Source: Thermodesulfobacteriota bacterium
GTDB taxonomy: Bacteria; Desulfobacterota; DSM-4660; Desulfatiglandales; B25-G16
Length of the DNA: 44,393 bases
Direction of reading: 5' to 3'
NCBI GenBank assembly: GCA_034718555.1
Contig: JAYEMW010000346.1
Coordinates: forward strand, 1 to 44,393
Shown: piece by piece, positions 31,037 through 39,057 of the stretch
How positions within the stretch are numbered: position 1 is the stretch's first letter
How the letters are laid out: each line of letters starts with the position of its first letter
Translations under genes and position numbers: made by a program
The notes under the pieces: generated by a model
What the model was told of the DNA's origin: nothing
The model's database searches: none
Seen by the model: only the letters and a program-made list of their open reading frames with translations

Positions 31037-31870
31037 ATGAGCATGGCATTGTCACCAGTTGATATTTATAAAAATGTTCTGCCGAAAACTAACTGTGGAG
31101 ATTGTGATTTTCCTACATGTCTTGCCTTTGCCAGCATGGTTGTAAAGGAAAAGATACCCTTGAACAAATGTCCTCATCTCGATCCTTTAGTCATTGAAAA
31201 GTACCAGCAAATACTGAATAAACAGCATAAATCTGGAAAACACGTAAAGAAGGATGTGTCTAAGGATGCCTTGAAATGGGCAAAGAAAAGGGCGTCTTCC
31301 ATAAAAATAGAGGATTTGCAGGGCATAATTGGAGGGGATATTTATAAAGATAGTGGGAATTATTTTTTAGAGCTACCATATCTTGCGGATCGTATTGTTA
31401 TAAGCGAAGAAAACATCTCATATAAGAATGGGTTTTCACTAAACATATTGGAGCAGGTTTTAATTTATAACCACATTATAAAAAAAGGCAATTCTAAGCC
31501 TATTGGAAAATGGAAGGCTATAGAGGAGTTCCCCAATTCGGTCTCTAAAATAGTATCCATGAGGGACAGTGTAGAAATGCCATTGCTGGAAAAGTTTAGC
31601 GGGTATACTGAAGAATTATTGGAGGCCGCAAAATCCATTGGAGGAGTTGATATCACAGAAAAAGACAATTTTGCAGACCTTGTAATTCTTTTCAGGCCCC
31701 TTCCGAGGATTCCTATAATGCTCTTATTCTGGGAGGAAGACAAGGAAGAGGGTTTTGATGCAAAGGTAAAGCTTTTATTCGATGAGACTATCGCAGAGCA
31801 TCTTGACTTAGAATCGATTATATTTTTAAGCGAAAGGCTTAGGAAACTACTTTGTGAAGGAAATATGTAA
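31037..31870 (+). CDS. Fe-S domain protein (RnfB/CFeSP N-terminal type C-x2-C-x4-C-x16-C), DUF3786-like C-terminal region
   Basis: NCGDCDFPTCLAFASMVVKEKIPLNKCP matches the putative Fe-S cluster domain seen at RnfB and AcsC N-termini. Assignment of the remaining ~220 aa to DUF3786 is from recollection only. Confidence 0.55.
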   Translation: MSMALSPVDIYKNVLPKTNCGDCDFPTCLAFASMVVKEKIPLNKCPHLDPLVIEKYQQILNKQHKSGKHVKKDVSKDALKWAKKRASSIKIEDLQGIIGGDIYKDSGNYFLELPYLADRIVISEENISYKNGFSLNILEQVLIYNHIIKKGNSKPIGKWKAIEEFPNSVSKIVSMRDSVEMPLLEKFSGYTEELLEAAKSIGGVDITEKDNFADLVILFRPLPRIPIMLLFWEEDKEEGFDAKVKLLFDETIAEHLDLESIIFLSERLRKLLCEGNM

Positions 31871-31943
31871 CTTTTCACCCACTAAAGTGCCAAGACATTA
31901 AGATTACAGAATTATTCTTTTAATACCCTTCTTGATAAGCGGA

Positions 31944-32276
31944 TTATTCCTCACGAACCATAGTTATTGCGCCTTTTGGGCAAATAAAGGCACAGATACC
32001 GCATCCCTTGCAGAAATCATAATCAATTTCAATCTGTCCGGTATGTTCATTTCTGGTTATGCATAAATCCGGGCACGAGTACCTGCAGAGATCACAACTG
32101 TCACAAAAATTATTTACCAGACATCTTTTTGCCTCTTTTACAGCCGTCTCCTCATCAAAGGTAGATTTAACCACCTCAACTTTGTTTGAACCTGCTGTAT
32201 AAGGATTGCTTTTTTCCTGGTTTCGGCTTAAAATCTCTAATTTACATTCATTAGATATGTAATTTTCTTTGCCCAA
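31944..32276 (-). CDS. 2x[4Fe-4S] ferredoxin, 2-oxoacid:ferredoxin oxidoreductase delta-subunit-like
   Basis: Cys clusters CDSCDLCRYSCP and CKGCGICAFICP are present. It has a TTG start 2 nt after the upstream stop and is the last gene of the OFOR operon. Confidence 0.7.
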   Translation of the reverse strand: MGKENYISNECKLEILSRNQEKSNPYTAGSNKVEVVKSTFDEETAVKEAKRCLVNNFCDSCDLCRYSCPDLCITRNEHTGQIEIDYDFCKGCGICAFICPKGAITMVREE

Positions 32277-32278
32277 AT

Positions 32279-33691
32279 TTATTCTCTCTCTTCTGATAAA
32301 TAGTGATCAACTGATTTAGCCACTTTTTTGCCACTGGCCATTGCCTCAACAACGGTGGTTGGTCCGTTTATATTATCCCCTGCTGCAAAAACGCCTTTCA
32401 TGTCCGTCATCATAGTTTTATCATTAACGGCAAGGGTGTTTTGCCGTGTTATTTCAAGGGAGCTGTCCTTTTCCATCCAGGAAAAATCCGGTTCCTGGCC
32501 AACAGCCGATATAATAGTACTGGCATTAATAATAAATTCCGAGCCATCAATGTTTACAGGCCTTGGTCTATCTGAATCAGCATCATATATTAATCTGGTT
32601 TTAACGCATTGTAATCTTTTAACTATTCCATTCTCAGCTATTATCCTTTTTGGGGATGTAAGAAATTTTAGGGCCACATTCTCAGCGAGCGCCTCATCAA
32701 CCTCATCCCTGTCAGCCGGCATTTCATTTCGTCCCCTGCGATAAAGAATGGTCACTTTTTCGGCCCCCAAACGAATAGCAGACCGGGCAGTATCTATGGC
32801 GGCATTACCGCCCCCTATAATCAATACATCATTGCCTAAATGTATATCGTCATGATGAGCATACCCCTTCAGAAGGCTAAGGCAATCAGTGAATCCCTTA
32901 AAATTCCCTTCATTTTCTATTCTCATTTTAAGGCTTTTCTGTGTTCCTGTAGCCAGGATAATGGCATCAGCTCCGTCTTTTTTTATATCCGAAATAGTTG
33001 CATCCAGGCCAAGACTGATTCCTGTTTTAATGGTCACACCCATTTTTCTTATGTATTCAATATCCCTTTTAAGGATTTCCTTAGGTAGTCTGAAGTTAGG
33101 TATAGCCCACGCAAGCATGCCGCCGGGCTCTTGATAACTCTCTATTATTTCTACTATATAGCCTTTTTTAACTAACTCATGTGCCGCTGTTAATCCGGCA
33201 GGACCTGAACCTATTATAATTATTTTTTTACCCTGTGTTTTTTCCGTCTTAGTCGGCTCTATCTCACCATTATCATAATCTGCTGCAAATCTTTTTAAAG
33301 ACTTTATAGATAATGCCTCATCCACTTGACTTCTAATGCATGCTAACTCACACGGGTGGTGACATACATATCCACAAACCGATGGGAGGGGATTAGTTTT
33401 CCTTATCAGATTTAAGGCTTCCTTGTGATGTTTTTCCGCAATCAGCCTCATATATCCACGAACATCCTGGTCGATAGGGCAGGCAACCTGGCAGGGAGGA
33501 GAAACAAATTCCTTGGAAATATTAATTCTTATGTCAGTATCAACATCGCTGTAGATTGTTCCACGGAGGCTGTCGGTCTCAGTTCGCATATCCGGAATTA
33601 TCTCAGCAGGGCATGCCTCAATACAGACTGAGCAGGCGCTGCATTTCTCATAATCAATAACAGGTTTATGGGTTCTTCCTTCTATAGCCAT
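32279..33691 (-). CDS. NAD(P)H-dependent flavoprotein, glutamate synthase small-chain (GltD)/NfnB/SudA-like, with N-terminal Fe-S clusters
   Basis: The N-terminus has CSACSVCIEACP plus further Cys clusters (CQVACP, CGYVCHHPCELAC). Two dinucleotide folds follow (IIIIGSGPAGLTAA and VLIIGGGNAAIDTA), then FAAGD. Confidence 0.8.
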   Translation of the reverse strand: MAIEGRTHKPVIDYEKCSACSVCIEACPAEIIPDMRTETDSLRGTIYSDVDTDIRINISKEFVSPPCQVACPIDQDVRGYMRLIAEKHHKEALNLIRKTNPLPSVCGYVCHHPCELACIRSQVDEALSIKSLKRFAADYDNGEIEPTKTEKTQGKKIIIIGSGPAGLTAAHELVKKGYIVEIIESYQEPGGMLAWAIPNFRLPKEILKRDIEYIRKMGVTIKTGISLGLDATISDIKKDGADAIILATGTQKSLKMRIENEGNFKGFTDCLSLLKGYAHHDDIHLGNDVLIIGGGNAAIDTARSAIRLGAEKVTILYRRGRNEMPADRDEVDEALAENVALKFLTSPKRIIAENGIVKRLQCVKTRLIYDADSDRPRPVNIDGSEFIINASTIISAVGQEPDFSWMEKDSSLEITRQNTLAVNDKTMMTDMKGVFAAGDNINGPTTVVEAMASGKKVAKSVDHYLSEERE

Positions 33692-33759
33692 TTTGGGTTT
33701 CTTGTATTATTTGGTATTTTGTGTTTTTTTCCTACTGTCTACTGCCTGTTCCCTACTGC

Positions 33760-34305
33760 TTACCTTAATTCCTCGCCCACATTATATCCAACCTCAAGGG
33801 CCTTTAGGTTTAGTTTCATGAATCGTTTTTCAACATTATTTTTAATGGATGTAATCACCGCCTGCTTGCTCACCATTTCAGTTATTGCCGTTGATGCGCA
33901 TAACATGACAATATTGGATACCTGCTTATTATTTAGTTCACTTATTGCCGTGTTAGTCGCCGGAACACCGACTTGCTGAATGTCGTTTCTGTTTACAGGG
34001 TTCACCAACATATTATCGTAAATAACAATTCCAACCTTTTCAGCAACATCTTTGATGTAATCGTCATATGCAGTCTGTGACATTGCAATAAGGATGTCTG
34101 CCCTTATTACATGGGGGTACTTGATAGGGTTTTTTGAGATGATTATCTCAGATCTTGCAGAACCTCCCCTGGCCTGAGCGCCATAAGCATTGGAACCGGA
34201 AACCCATTTTCCGTCATTAATGGCGGCATGGCCGAGAATCGTTCCAGCCAAAACTACCCCTTGTCCACCAAAACCACAGATACGAATTTGTTTAAGATTA
34301 CCCAT
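33760..34305 (-). CDS. 2-oxoacid:ferredoxin oxidoreductase gamma subunit
   Basis: It has IRICGFGGQGVVLAGTILGHAA, which is typical of the gamma subunit. It is 181 aa and overlaps the beta gene by 8 nt. Confidence 0.85.
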   Translation of the reverse strand: MGNLKQIRICGFGGQGVVLAGTILGHAAINDGKWVSGSNAYGAQARGGSARSEIIISKNPIKYPHVIRADILIAMSQTAYDDYIKDVAEKVGIVIYDNMLVNPVNRNDIQQVGVPATNTAISELNNKQVSNIVMLCASTAITEMVSKQAVITSIKNNVEKRFMKLNLKALEVGYNVGEELR

Positions 34306-35059
34306 TGCTGAACTCTCCAGTAATAATTTTGTCCTTCAGCTCATTTTCAGAGAAATTGCCTGCCTCTTCCCTGGTAACACATTTCTCCATCAAGATTTTT
34401 AACATATCTGCCGGAGAATCGTATCTGTTTCTTCTTCCAAATTGAGTAGGGCAGGGGGAAAGCACTTCAATGAAGGTAAATCCATTAATCGTGAGGGATT
34501 TTTTTATGGCATTAATCAGTAATAGTGGTTGAGTTACTGAATATCTCGCCACATAAGAACCACCGGCGCCAAGCACTAACTTGCAGAGATCGAAAGGTCG
34601 ATAAGGGTTCCCATCCACACTGGTAGAAGTAAAAGCCCCTTCAGGCGTTGTAGAGGCCATCTGGCCGCCGGTCATTCCATATATCATGTTGTTTGCGCAT
34701 ATAACCTTTAAATCAATATCTCGTCTCGCAGCATGAATAAGATGATTTCCCCCAATTGAGGTGAGATCTCCATCTCCACTTATCACCATAGTCTTGAGTT
34801 TTGGGTTGAACATCTTGGCGCCTGTTGCAAAGGCAATAGCCCTTCCGTGGAGTGTATGCAGGGTGTCCGCATTGAAATTAGGACTTGGTATCCAGGCGGC
34901 ACAGCCTATGCCTGATACAAAAAGCATCTCATCCACATTAAGATGGAGTTCATCTATCGCCCTGAGAATAAGGTTCATCAATATCCCATGACCACATCCT
35001 GGGCAAAAGGGTGTTGATTGAACACCTGGACGTAGGTATTTTTCCAGATCCCGTGCCAT
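34298..35059 (-). CDS. 2-oxoacid:ferredoxin oxidoreductase beta subunit (TPP-binding)
   Basis: It has FCPGCGHG near the N-terminus and the TPP/Mg motif ISGDGDLTSIGGNH. The start overlaps the alpha stop (TAATG). Confidence 0.85.
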   Translation of the reverse strand: MARDLEKYLRPGVQSTPFCPGCGHGILMNLILRAIDELHLNVDEMLFVSGIGCAAWIPSPNFNADTLHTLHGRAIAFATGAKMFNPKLKTMVISGDGDLTSIGGNHLIHAARRDIDLKVICANNMIYGMTGGQMASTTPEGAFTSTSVDGNPYRPFDLCKLVLGAGGSYVARYSVTQPLLLINAIKKSLTINGFTFIEVLSPCPTQFGRRNRYDSPADMLKILMEKCVTREEAGNFSENELKDKIITGEFSNG

Positions 35060-36201
35060 TATAAAAGCTTCCTCAATTCATTTATTATTGTATGAGGATG
35101 GATAATTTCACCATCGGTTTGATTATAGGTAATGACATCACATTTTGCATATTTCATTATTTCACCTGCTACCTGGCCCCTGTTCATCTCTGGGACAAAA
35201 ATCTTTTTTACACTCTTATCAATTTTATGTATTTTATTGTCAGCAAAAGGCCAGATTGTCTTAAGCCTGAGGAGGCCAACTCTTTTTCCCTCAGCTCTGA
35301 GCTCATCTACGGCAAATAGTGCGCTTCTTGCAGTAAAACCATAGGAGACAACAATGATCTCAGCATCGTCTAAGTGGTATGATTCGGTCTGGGTAATGCT
35401 ATCCCGGTTATTTAATATTTTATCATTAATACGACTAACGAGCTTTGAGTGGACTGATGGATTATCAGTCTTTCTGAAACCACGATCATCATGGGTTGAC
35501 CCTGTCACCAGCAGTTTTTCTCCTTCACCAAAGGCAGGCATTGGAGGGACTCCATCTTTTTTTTCAGTGCCAAAAGGGGCTTCCCCCGGTTTTTTTACCC
35601 TGTTAAAAACCTCGACCTCTTCTTCGATATCCACCCTCTCTCTTAAATGCCCTATAGCCTCATCTCCCATGAGAAAAACAGGTACCCTGTAAATCTCTGC
35701 CAGGTTAAATGCATCTATAGTCTGACTATACATCTCCTGTACGGACCAGGGAGAAAGTGCAATGATTTGATAATCTCCGTGGGAACCCCACTCGGCCTGC
35801 ATAAGATCACCGCTTGCCACCCGTGTTGCCTGTCCGGTTCCAGGGCCGGCCCTCTGGATATCAACAATAACCAGGGGCGTTTCTGTTAATGCAGCATAAC
35901 CAATTCCCTCCTGCATAAGGCTAAAGCCAGGACCGGACGTTGCCGTCATAGCCTTGGCGCCTGCCCAAACAGCGCCTATCACAGAACATATGGATGCTAT
36001 TTCATCCTCCATTTGCATGAAAGTGCCGTCAATGTCCTTAAACCTCACGCTTATACGTTCCATTATATCACTGGAAGGTGTGATGGGATATCCTCCGTAG
36101 TACAGACAACCGGCAGCAATAGCGCCCTCTGCAACTGCCTCATTTCCAGAAAAGTAATAGGTGCCTGGGGAAAGCGTAGTTTTTATTTTTTTAGGTTCCA
36201 T
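35059..36201 (-). CDS. 2-oxoacid:ferredoxin oxidoreductase alpha subunit
   Basis: A 380-aa protein with GNEAVAEGAIAAGC..YGGYPITPSS, typical of the alpha subunit. It is the first gene of the operon. Confidence 0.85.
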   Translation of the reverse strand: MEPKKIKTTLSPGTYYFSGNEAVAEGAIAAGCLYYGGYPITPSSDIMERISVRFKDIDGTFMQMEDEIASICSVIGAVWAGAKAMTATSGPGFSLMQEGIGYAALTETPLVIVDIQRAGPGTGQATRVASGDLMQAEWGSHGDYQIIALSPWSVQEMYSQTIDAFNLAEIYRVPVFLMGDEAIGHLRERVDIEEEVEVFNRVKKPGEAPFGTEKKDGVPPMPAFGEGEKLLVTGSTHDDRGFRKTDNPSVHSKLVSRINDKILNNRDSITQTESYHLDDAEIIVVSYGFTARSALFAVDELRAEGKRVGLLRLKTIWPFADNKIHKIDKSVKKIFVPEMNRGQVAGEIMKYAKCDVITYNQTDGEIIHPHTIINELRKLL

Positions 36202-36384
36202 AAATTATAATTTTTATTAAAATGCTTGTATATTGTTTACGTTTTATTTGCAAAGGAATTTTTAAGTCTCAAATGATCTTAATAAATTTGATTTGCCCTG
36301 TATATTACTTTTTTTTACATTCGTCTACTGAAAAAAATTGTTTAAAATAAAAAAAGATGATCCCGCAAAAAATAAATATACCCC

Positions 36385-36435
36385 AAAAAAATCCCCTTAA
36401 AAAACCTTTTAATGAAAAGGTAATTTAAAGGGGAT
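36385..36435 (-). terminator. rho-independent terminator after the CpxP-like gene
   Basis: The outer stem is ATCCCCTT (36391-36398) with AAGGGGAT (36428-36435). The inner stem is CCTTTT with AAAAGG. On the minus strand the hairpin is followed by a T6-7 run. Confidence 0.7.
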
Positions 36436-36544
36436 TACTATTCAGATTTGATAGATGTTTCAAAAGAAAAAATCTTTAAACCTGGGAGGTGCAATAAAAT
36501 ATTATTCCTCACCACTAACCATCGACAGTATCATGCCTTCAAGG

Positions 36545-37021
36545 TCAGGGATATTTCTTAGGACGTCTGTGTTCTAAAAAACGCTTCTTCTTAATCCTCT
36601 GCATCAATTCCCTTTTAAGCTCTTCAAGCTTTTGAAACTGCCCCTGTGAGAGTTCTTGTCGAATGTCTATGGCCATCTTTATCTGCTCTGTTCTATGTCT
36701 TGCCTGGAGTTGCCCTATGCTTTCCGCTATTTTATAAGCCTCTTGCCTGTCAATTACAGGACGTGTTAAAAGGTTTTCCAGATCAAGGAAATCCTTTTTT
36801 ATAAGGCCATCTATATCAATTAATTTTTTTCTGTAGTCGGTCCATATACTGTTTATCCTATCTATTTGATCAGAATCTAATTTTAGCTTGTCCCTCACAA
36901 AAGGTCTCTGCCACCACCTACCTGGCCCTAAAGGGTCTTTAAAGGCAAAAGCTTCAGGCATGTATGTTGCGTTTAAAAGCAGTAATGCCGAAAATATCAT
37001 CAGTAAAATCTTCTTTTTCAT
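36545..37021 (-). CDS. periplasmic Spy/CpxP/ZraP-family (LTxxQ-type) protein
   Basis: It has a signal peptide (MKKKILLMIFSALLLLNATYMPEAFA), helical LxxxQ-type repeats (LDSDQIDRI, LSQGQFQKL) and a strong GAGGAGG SD. It is the third gene of the ECF module. Confidence 0.65.
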   Translation of the reverse strand: MKKKILLMIFSALLLLNATYMPEAFAFKDPLGPGRWWQRPFVRDKLKLDSDQIDRINSIWTDYRKKLIDIDGLIKKDFLDLENLLTRPVIDRQEAYKIAESIGQLQARHRTEQIKMAIDIRQELSQGQFQKLEELKRELMQRIKKKRFLEHRRPKKYP

Positions 37022-37508
37022 TATAATCCTCCTCTAATGGTAAGAATAAATCCAAGAAATTATCGAATTCTTCAGGCTCGTAACCGCTTAAATAAAGGAT
37101 GCTTTGCGAGAATTCGACATTGCCTTTAAAATCTGTAACGACCTGAATTTCCGCCAATAAATCTCTTTCTGAAATTAAAACTTCATTGTTGTAGTAGAAT
37201 TGTTTAAACAAAAAGACTGAAACTAAAATCAAGCATGCAAATGTAACGGCCGTTGCCCATTTCCATCTTAAAAATGAAGGCCTATTTTGCTCTGATATGG
37301 ATGCAAGGATCTTTTGTTTTTCCATTGTCCAGTTTATATCACCTTGTTCAACGTACTCTTGGAAGACCCCTGTAAACGCCTTTATTTTGTTAAGTCGTTT
37401 TTGACATAGGGCACATTTTTCAAGGTGACTGTATATTTCTCGCTCATAAGCGTCCGACTCTATGATTACAGAGAAAATTTCCTTATCTGTAAGATGTTTA
37501 TCTTTCAT
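36954..37508 (-). CDS. anti-sigma factor (zf-HC2, single TM)
   Basis: It has the H-x3-C-x2-C motif (HLEKCALC) near the N-terminus and a central TM helix (WATAVTFACLILVSVFLF). It overlaps the sigma gene stop by 4 nt. Its 3' end overlaps the next gene by 68 nt. Confidence 0.7.
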   Translation of the reverse strand: MKDKHLTDKEIFSVIIESDAYEREIYSHLEKCALCQKRLNKIKAFTGVFQEYVEQGDINWTMEKQKILASISEQNRPSFLRWKWATAVTFACLILVSVFLFKQFYYNNEVLISERDLLAEIQVVTDFKGNVEFSQSILYLSGYEPEEFDNFLDLFLPLEEDYNEKEDFTDDIFGITAFKRNIHA

Positions 37509-38038
37509 GGCTTTTCCAAATCTCTAAAATTTCGTTTGGCCTTGTCCAATGCCCTGTAGAGATAGGTTTTTACTGAGCTTTGGCCTATGCCAATTAGCGC
37601 AGATATATCTTTAATGCTATACTCGCACCCAAATCTTAGGGCAAATACCTCCCGCTCTCTCCCTTTTAAGCTTTCCTGAAAGAATTTTAATTTTGCCCCT
37701 AATTGTTTCTGTTCGAGGTTTTCATATGGGGAAGGGTTGTTGTCTTTAACCATGGTAATAGTTTTATCTTTTGTATTTTCCGGTTTTAAAAAAAGAAATC
37801 TTTTCAGTTTCTCTTTTCTGATGTAATCCTTTACCTTGTTTATAGTGATTCTGATTAACCATGTCTCTAAGGATGAATTAAACCGAAAGTCATTGTAAGA
37901 TTTAAATGCCTTTAAGAACACCTCCTGGGTAATATCAAGGGCCTCGTCTCTATTGCCCAGCATACCCATTGCAACATGGAATATTTTGTTTTGATGATCA
38001 TTGATAAGCTTACCGAAAGCAGCTCTGTTATAGTTCAT
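37505..38038 (-). CDS. ECF (group IV) RNA polymerase sigma-70 factor
   Basis: A 177-aa protein. Region 2 is (ALDITQEVFLKAF...LETWLIRITINKVKDYIRK) and region 4 is (REVFALRF...SIKDISALIGIGQSSVKTYLYRA). Confidence 0.9.
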   Translation of the reverse strand: MNYNRAAFGKLINDHQNKIFHVAMGMLGNRDEALDITQEVFLKAFKSYNDFRFNSSLETWLIRITINKVKDYIRKEKLKRFLFLKPENTKDKTITMVKDNNPSPYENLEQKQLGAKLKFFQESLKGREREVFALRFGCEYSIKDISALIGIGQSSVKTYLYRALDKAKRNFRDLEKP

Positions 38039-38068
38039 GGATATTCCTTTTCGGTACTTTTTATTATG

Positions 38069-38097
38069 TTAGACGAATTATATAGGAAAAAGTTTAC
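38069..38097 (-). promoter_or_regulatory. candidate autoregulated ECF-type promoter (GTAAAC-N16-CGTCTAA)
   Basis: On the minus strand, GTAAAC (plus 38092-38097), a 16-nt spacer and CGTCTAA (plus 38069-38075) fit the AAC-N16-CGTC pattern of ECF promoters. The site is about 30 nt upstream of the sigma ATG. Confidence 0.5.
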
Positions 38098-38231
38098 AAA
38101 GATGAAATATTTTGTGTGATTTTGAGAAAAAGATTTCAGTAGGGTCTGATTAAGAATCTACGTTTCCCAAATACTCCAATTGGAAAAGGTGTGCCTTTGG
38201 GGTGGTTTGTTCTTATTGAGATGTGAAGTTG

Positions 38232-38252
38232 GAAACTTGAAACTTGAAACTT
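38232..38252. repeat. tandem heptamer (GAAACTT)x3 with degenerate flanking copies
   Basis: GAAACTTGAAACTTGAAACTT was read directly. It is followed by GAAAAAA and preceded by GAAGTTG. Confidence 0.85.
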
Positions 38253-38371
38253 GAAAAAAGAAGGGGAGGTCAAATTTTGCTGATTATTGAAAATTATTCA
38301 ATTACTATGTGTTATATAATCTAATGATGAGGCGGGAGGGGAGGGTGGTGGGGTTTTAAGGTCTTCTGATC

Positions 38372-38626
38372 TCAAGAACCTGTCCTTCTTCTATCCCTTA
38401 CCATGCGCTTATTATTCTTAGCGGAAAGAGAAACAAATATACCTTCCCTTACGCTTTTTCGCCTATCCCGTCTATTTTTTCGTCGATCTTTTTTTCGTTC
38501 TCTTTTTAAAGGAGTAAATTTCTTTCCTTCTGAAGAGTCCATACTGACGGAAGTTGGGCTTCCAACTACTATATCCATTAAAAAATCCTCCATATTCCTA
38601 CTTCTCTTAATCGGCATTACTGACAA
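38372..38626 (-). CDS. small Arg/Lys-rich hypothetical protein
   Basis: The ORF has a TTG at 38626. ATG 38578 is preceded by GGAGGA at 7-nt spacing, so the likely product is 68 aa. It contains KRERKKDRRKNRRDRRK and DRRR tracts. No family was recognised. Confidence 0.4.
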   Translation of the reverse strand: MSVMPIKRSRNMEDFLMDIVVGSPTSVSMDSSEGKKFTPLKRERKKDRRKNRRDRRKSVREGIFVSLSAKNNKRMVRDRRRTGS

Positions 38627-38663
38627 AATACTTTAGATTTTAGTTTCACTTTATAAATAAATT

Positions 38664-38767
38664 TGTAACATCTCAATAAGTTTGGGCATTCCGACTGCTT
38701 CCCCCTTTTGCAAAGGGGGATTGAGGGGGATTTTTTTAATTCAGGCCGGATTTATTGAGAACTTACA
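38664..38767 (+). mobile_element. 104-bp MITE copy A (17-bp terminal inverted repeats, 6-bp TSD TAAATT)
   Basis: The ends are TGTAACATCTCAATAAG...CTTATTGAGAACTTACA. There is an internal hairpin CCCCCTTTTGCAAAGGGGG. It is flanked by TAAATT at 38658-38663 and 38768-38773. Confidence 0.8.
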
Positions 38768-39057
38768 TAAATTTGTGTTCAAAACTGGCAGAAAATCAAA
38801 AACGAGACATCTTCTCACGCAAAGCCGCTAAGCTCGCAAAGGAAAAGATGATGAAAAAATGTTTAAAAAAATCCCCAGAAGTACCGGGGATGTAAACTAA
38901 AGAATTGAATGGGTGTATATAGGGTGCATTTTGCCCTTATCAAAAAAAACGAATTATCTCATTTTATTTGTGGTATATATACCGAAAGGTTACTTTTTTT
39001 GACTCACTTTTTTCGCTCTGTTACTTCAGTATAACTTAAATTTAAGGAGGAAGAGAG

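Noticed and set aside
38232-38259. The tandem GAAACTT repeats might be a CRISPR-like or microsatellite locus.
   Set aside because: The 7-nt units are directly abutting with no spacers, in only 3-4 copies. It is not a CRISPR array and is better explained as promoter-element repeats or simple slippage.
38403-38636. A 77-aa plus-strand ORF lies antisense to the small basic-protein gene.
   Set aside because: It has no ribosome-binding site upstream of its ATG and has a Phe/Leu/Ser-rich mirror composition. The minus-strand frame has a GGAGGA SD at correct spacing. The choice of strand remains uncertain.
38847-38894. A 15-codon mini-ORF (MMKKCLKKSPEVPGM) overlaps a hairpin (ATCCCC...GGGGAT, 38871-38891). 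On the minus strand the hairpin would be a T-run terminator. Together they might form a leader-peptide attenuator for the PLP-lyase gene.
   Set aside because: The T-run is on the wrong strand for attenuating the downstream plus-strand gene. There are no tandem regulatory codons and no alternative antiterminator pairing. The orphan minus-strand terminator has no upstream gene within 170 nt.
38900-39057. I checked for a SAM/Met-type riboswitch or T-box upstream of the methionine-gamma-lyase-family gene.
   Set aside because: I could not find any of the conserved cores (for example the SAM-I junction motifs or a T-box specifier and T-box sequence). The region contains only AT-rich sequence and a short GGTATATATACC palindrome.
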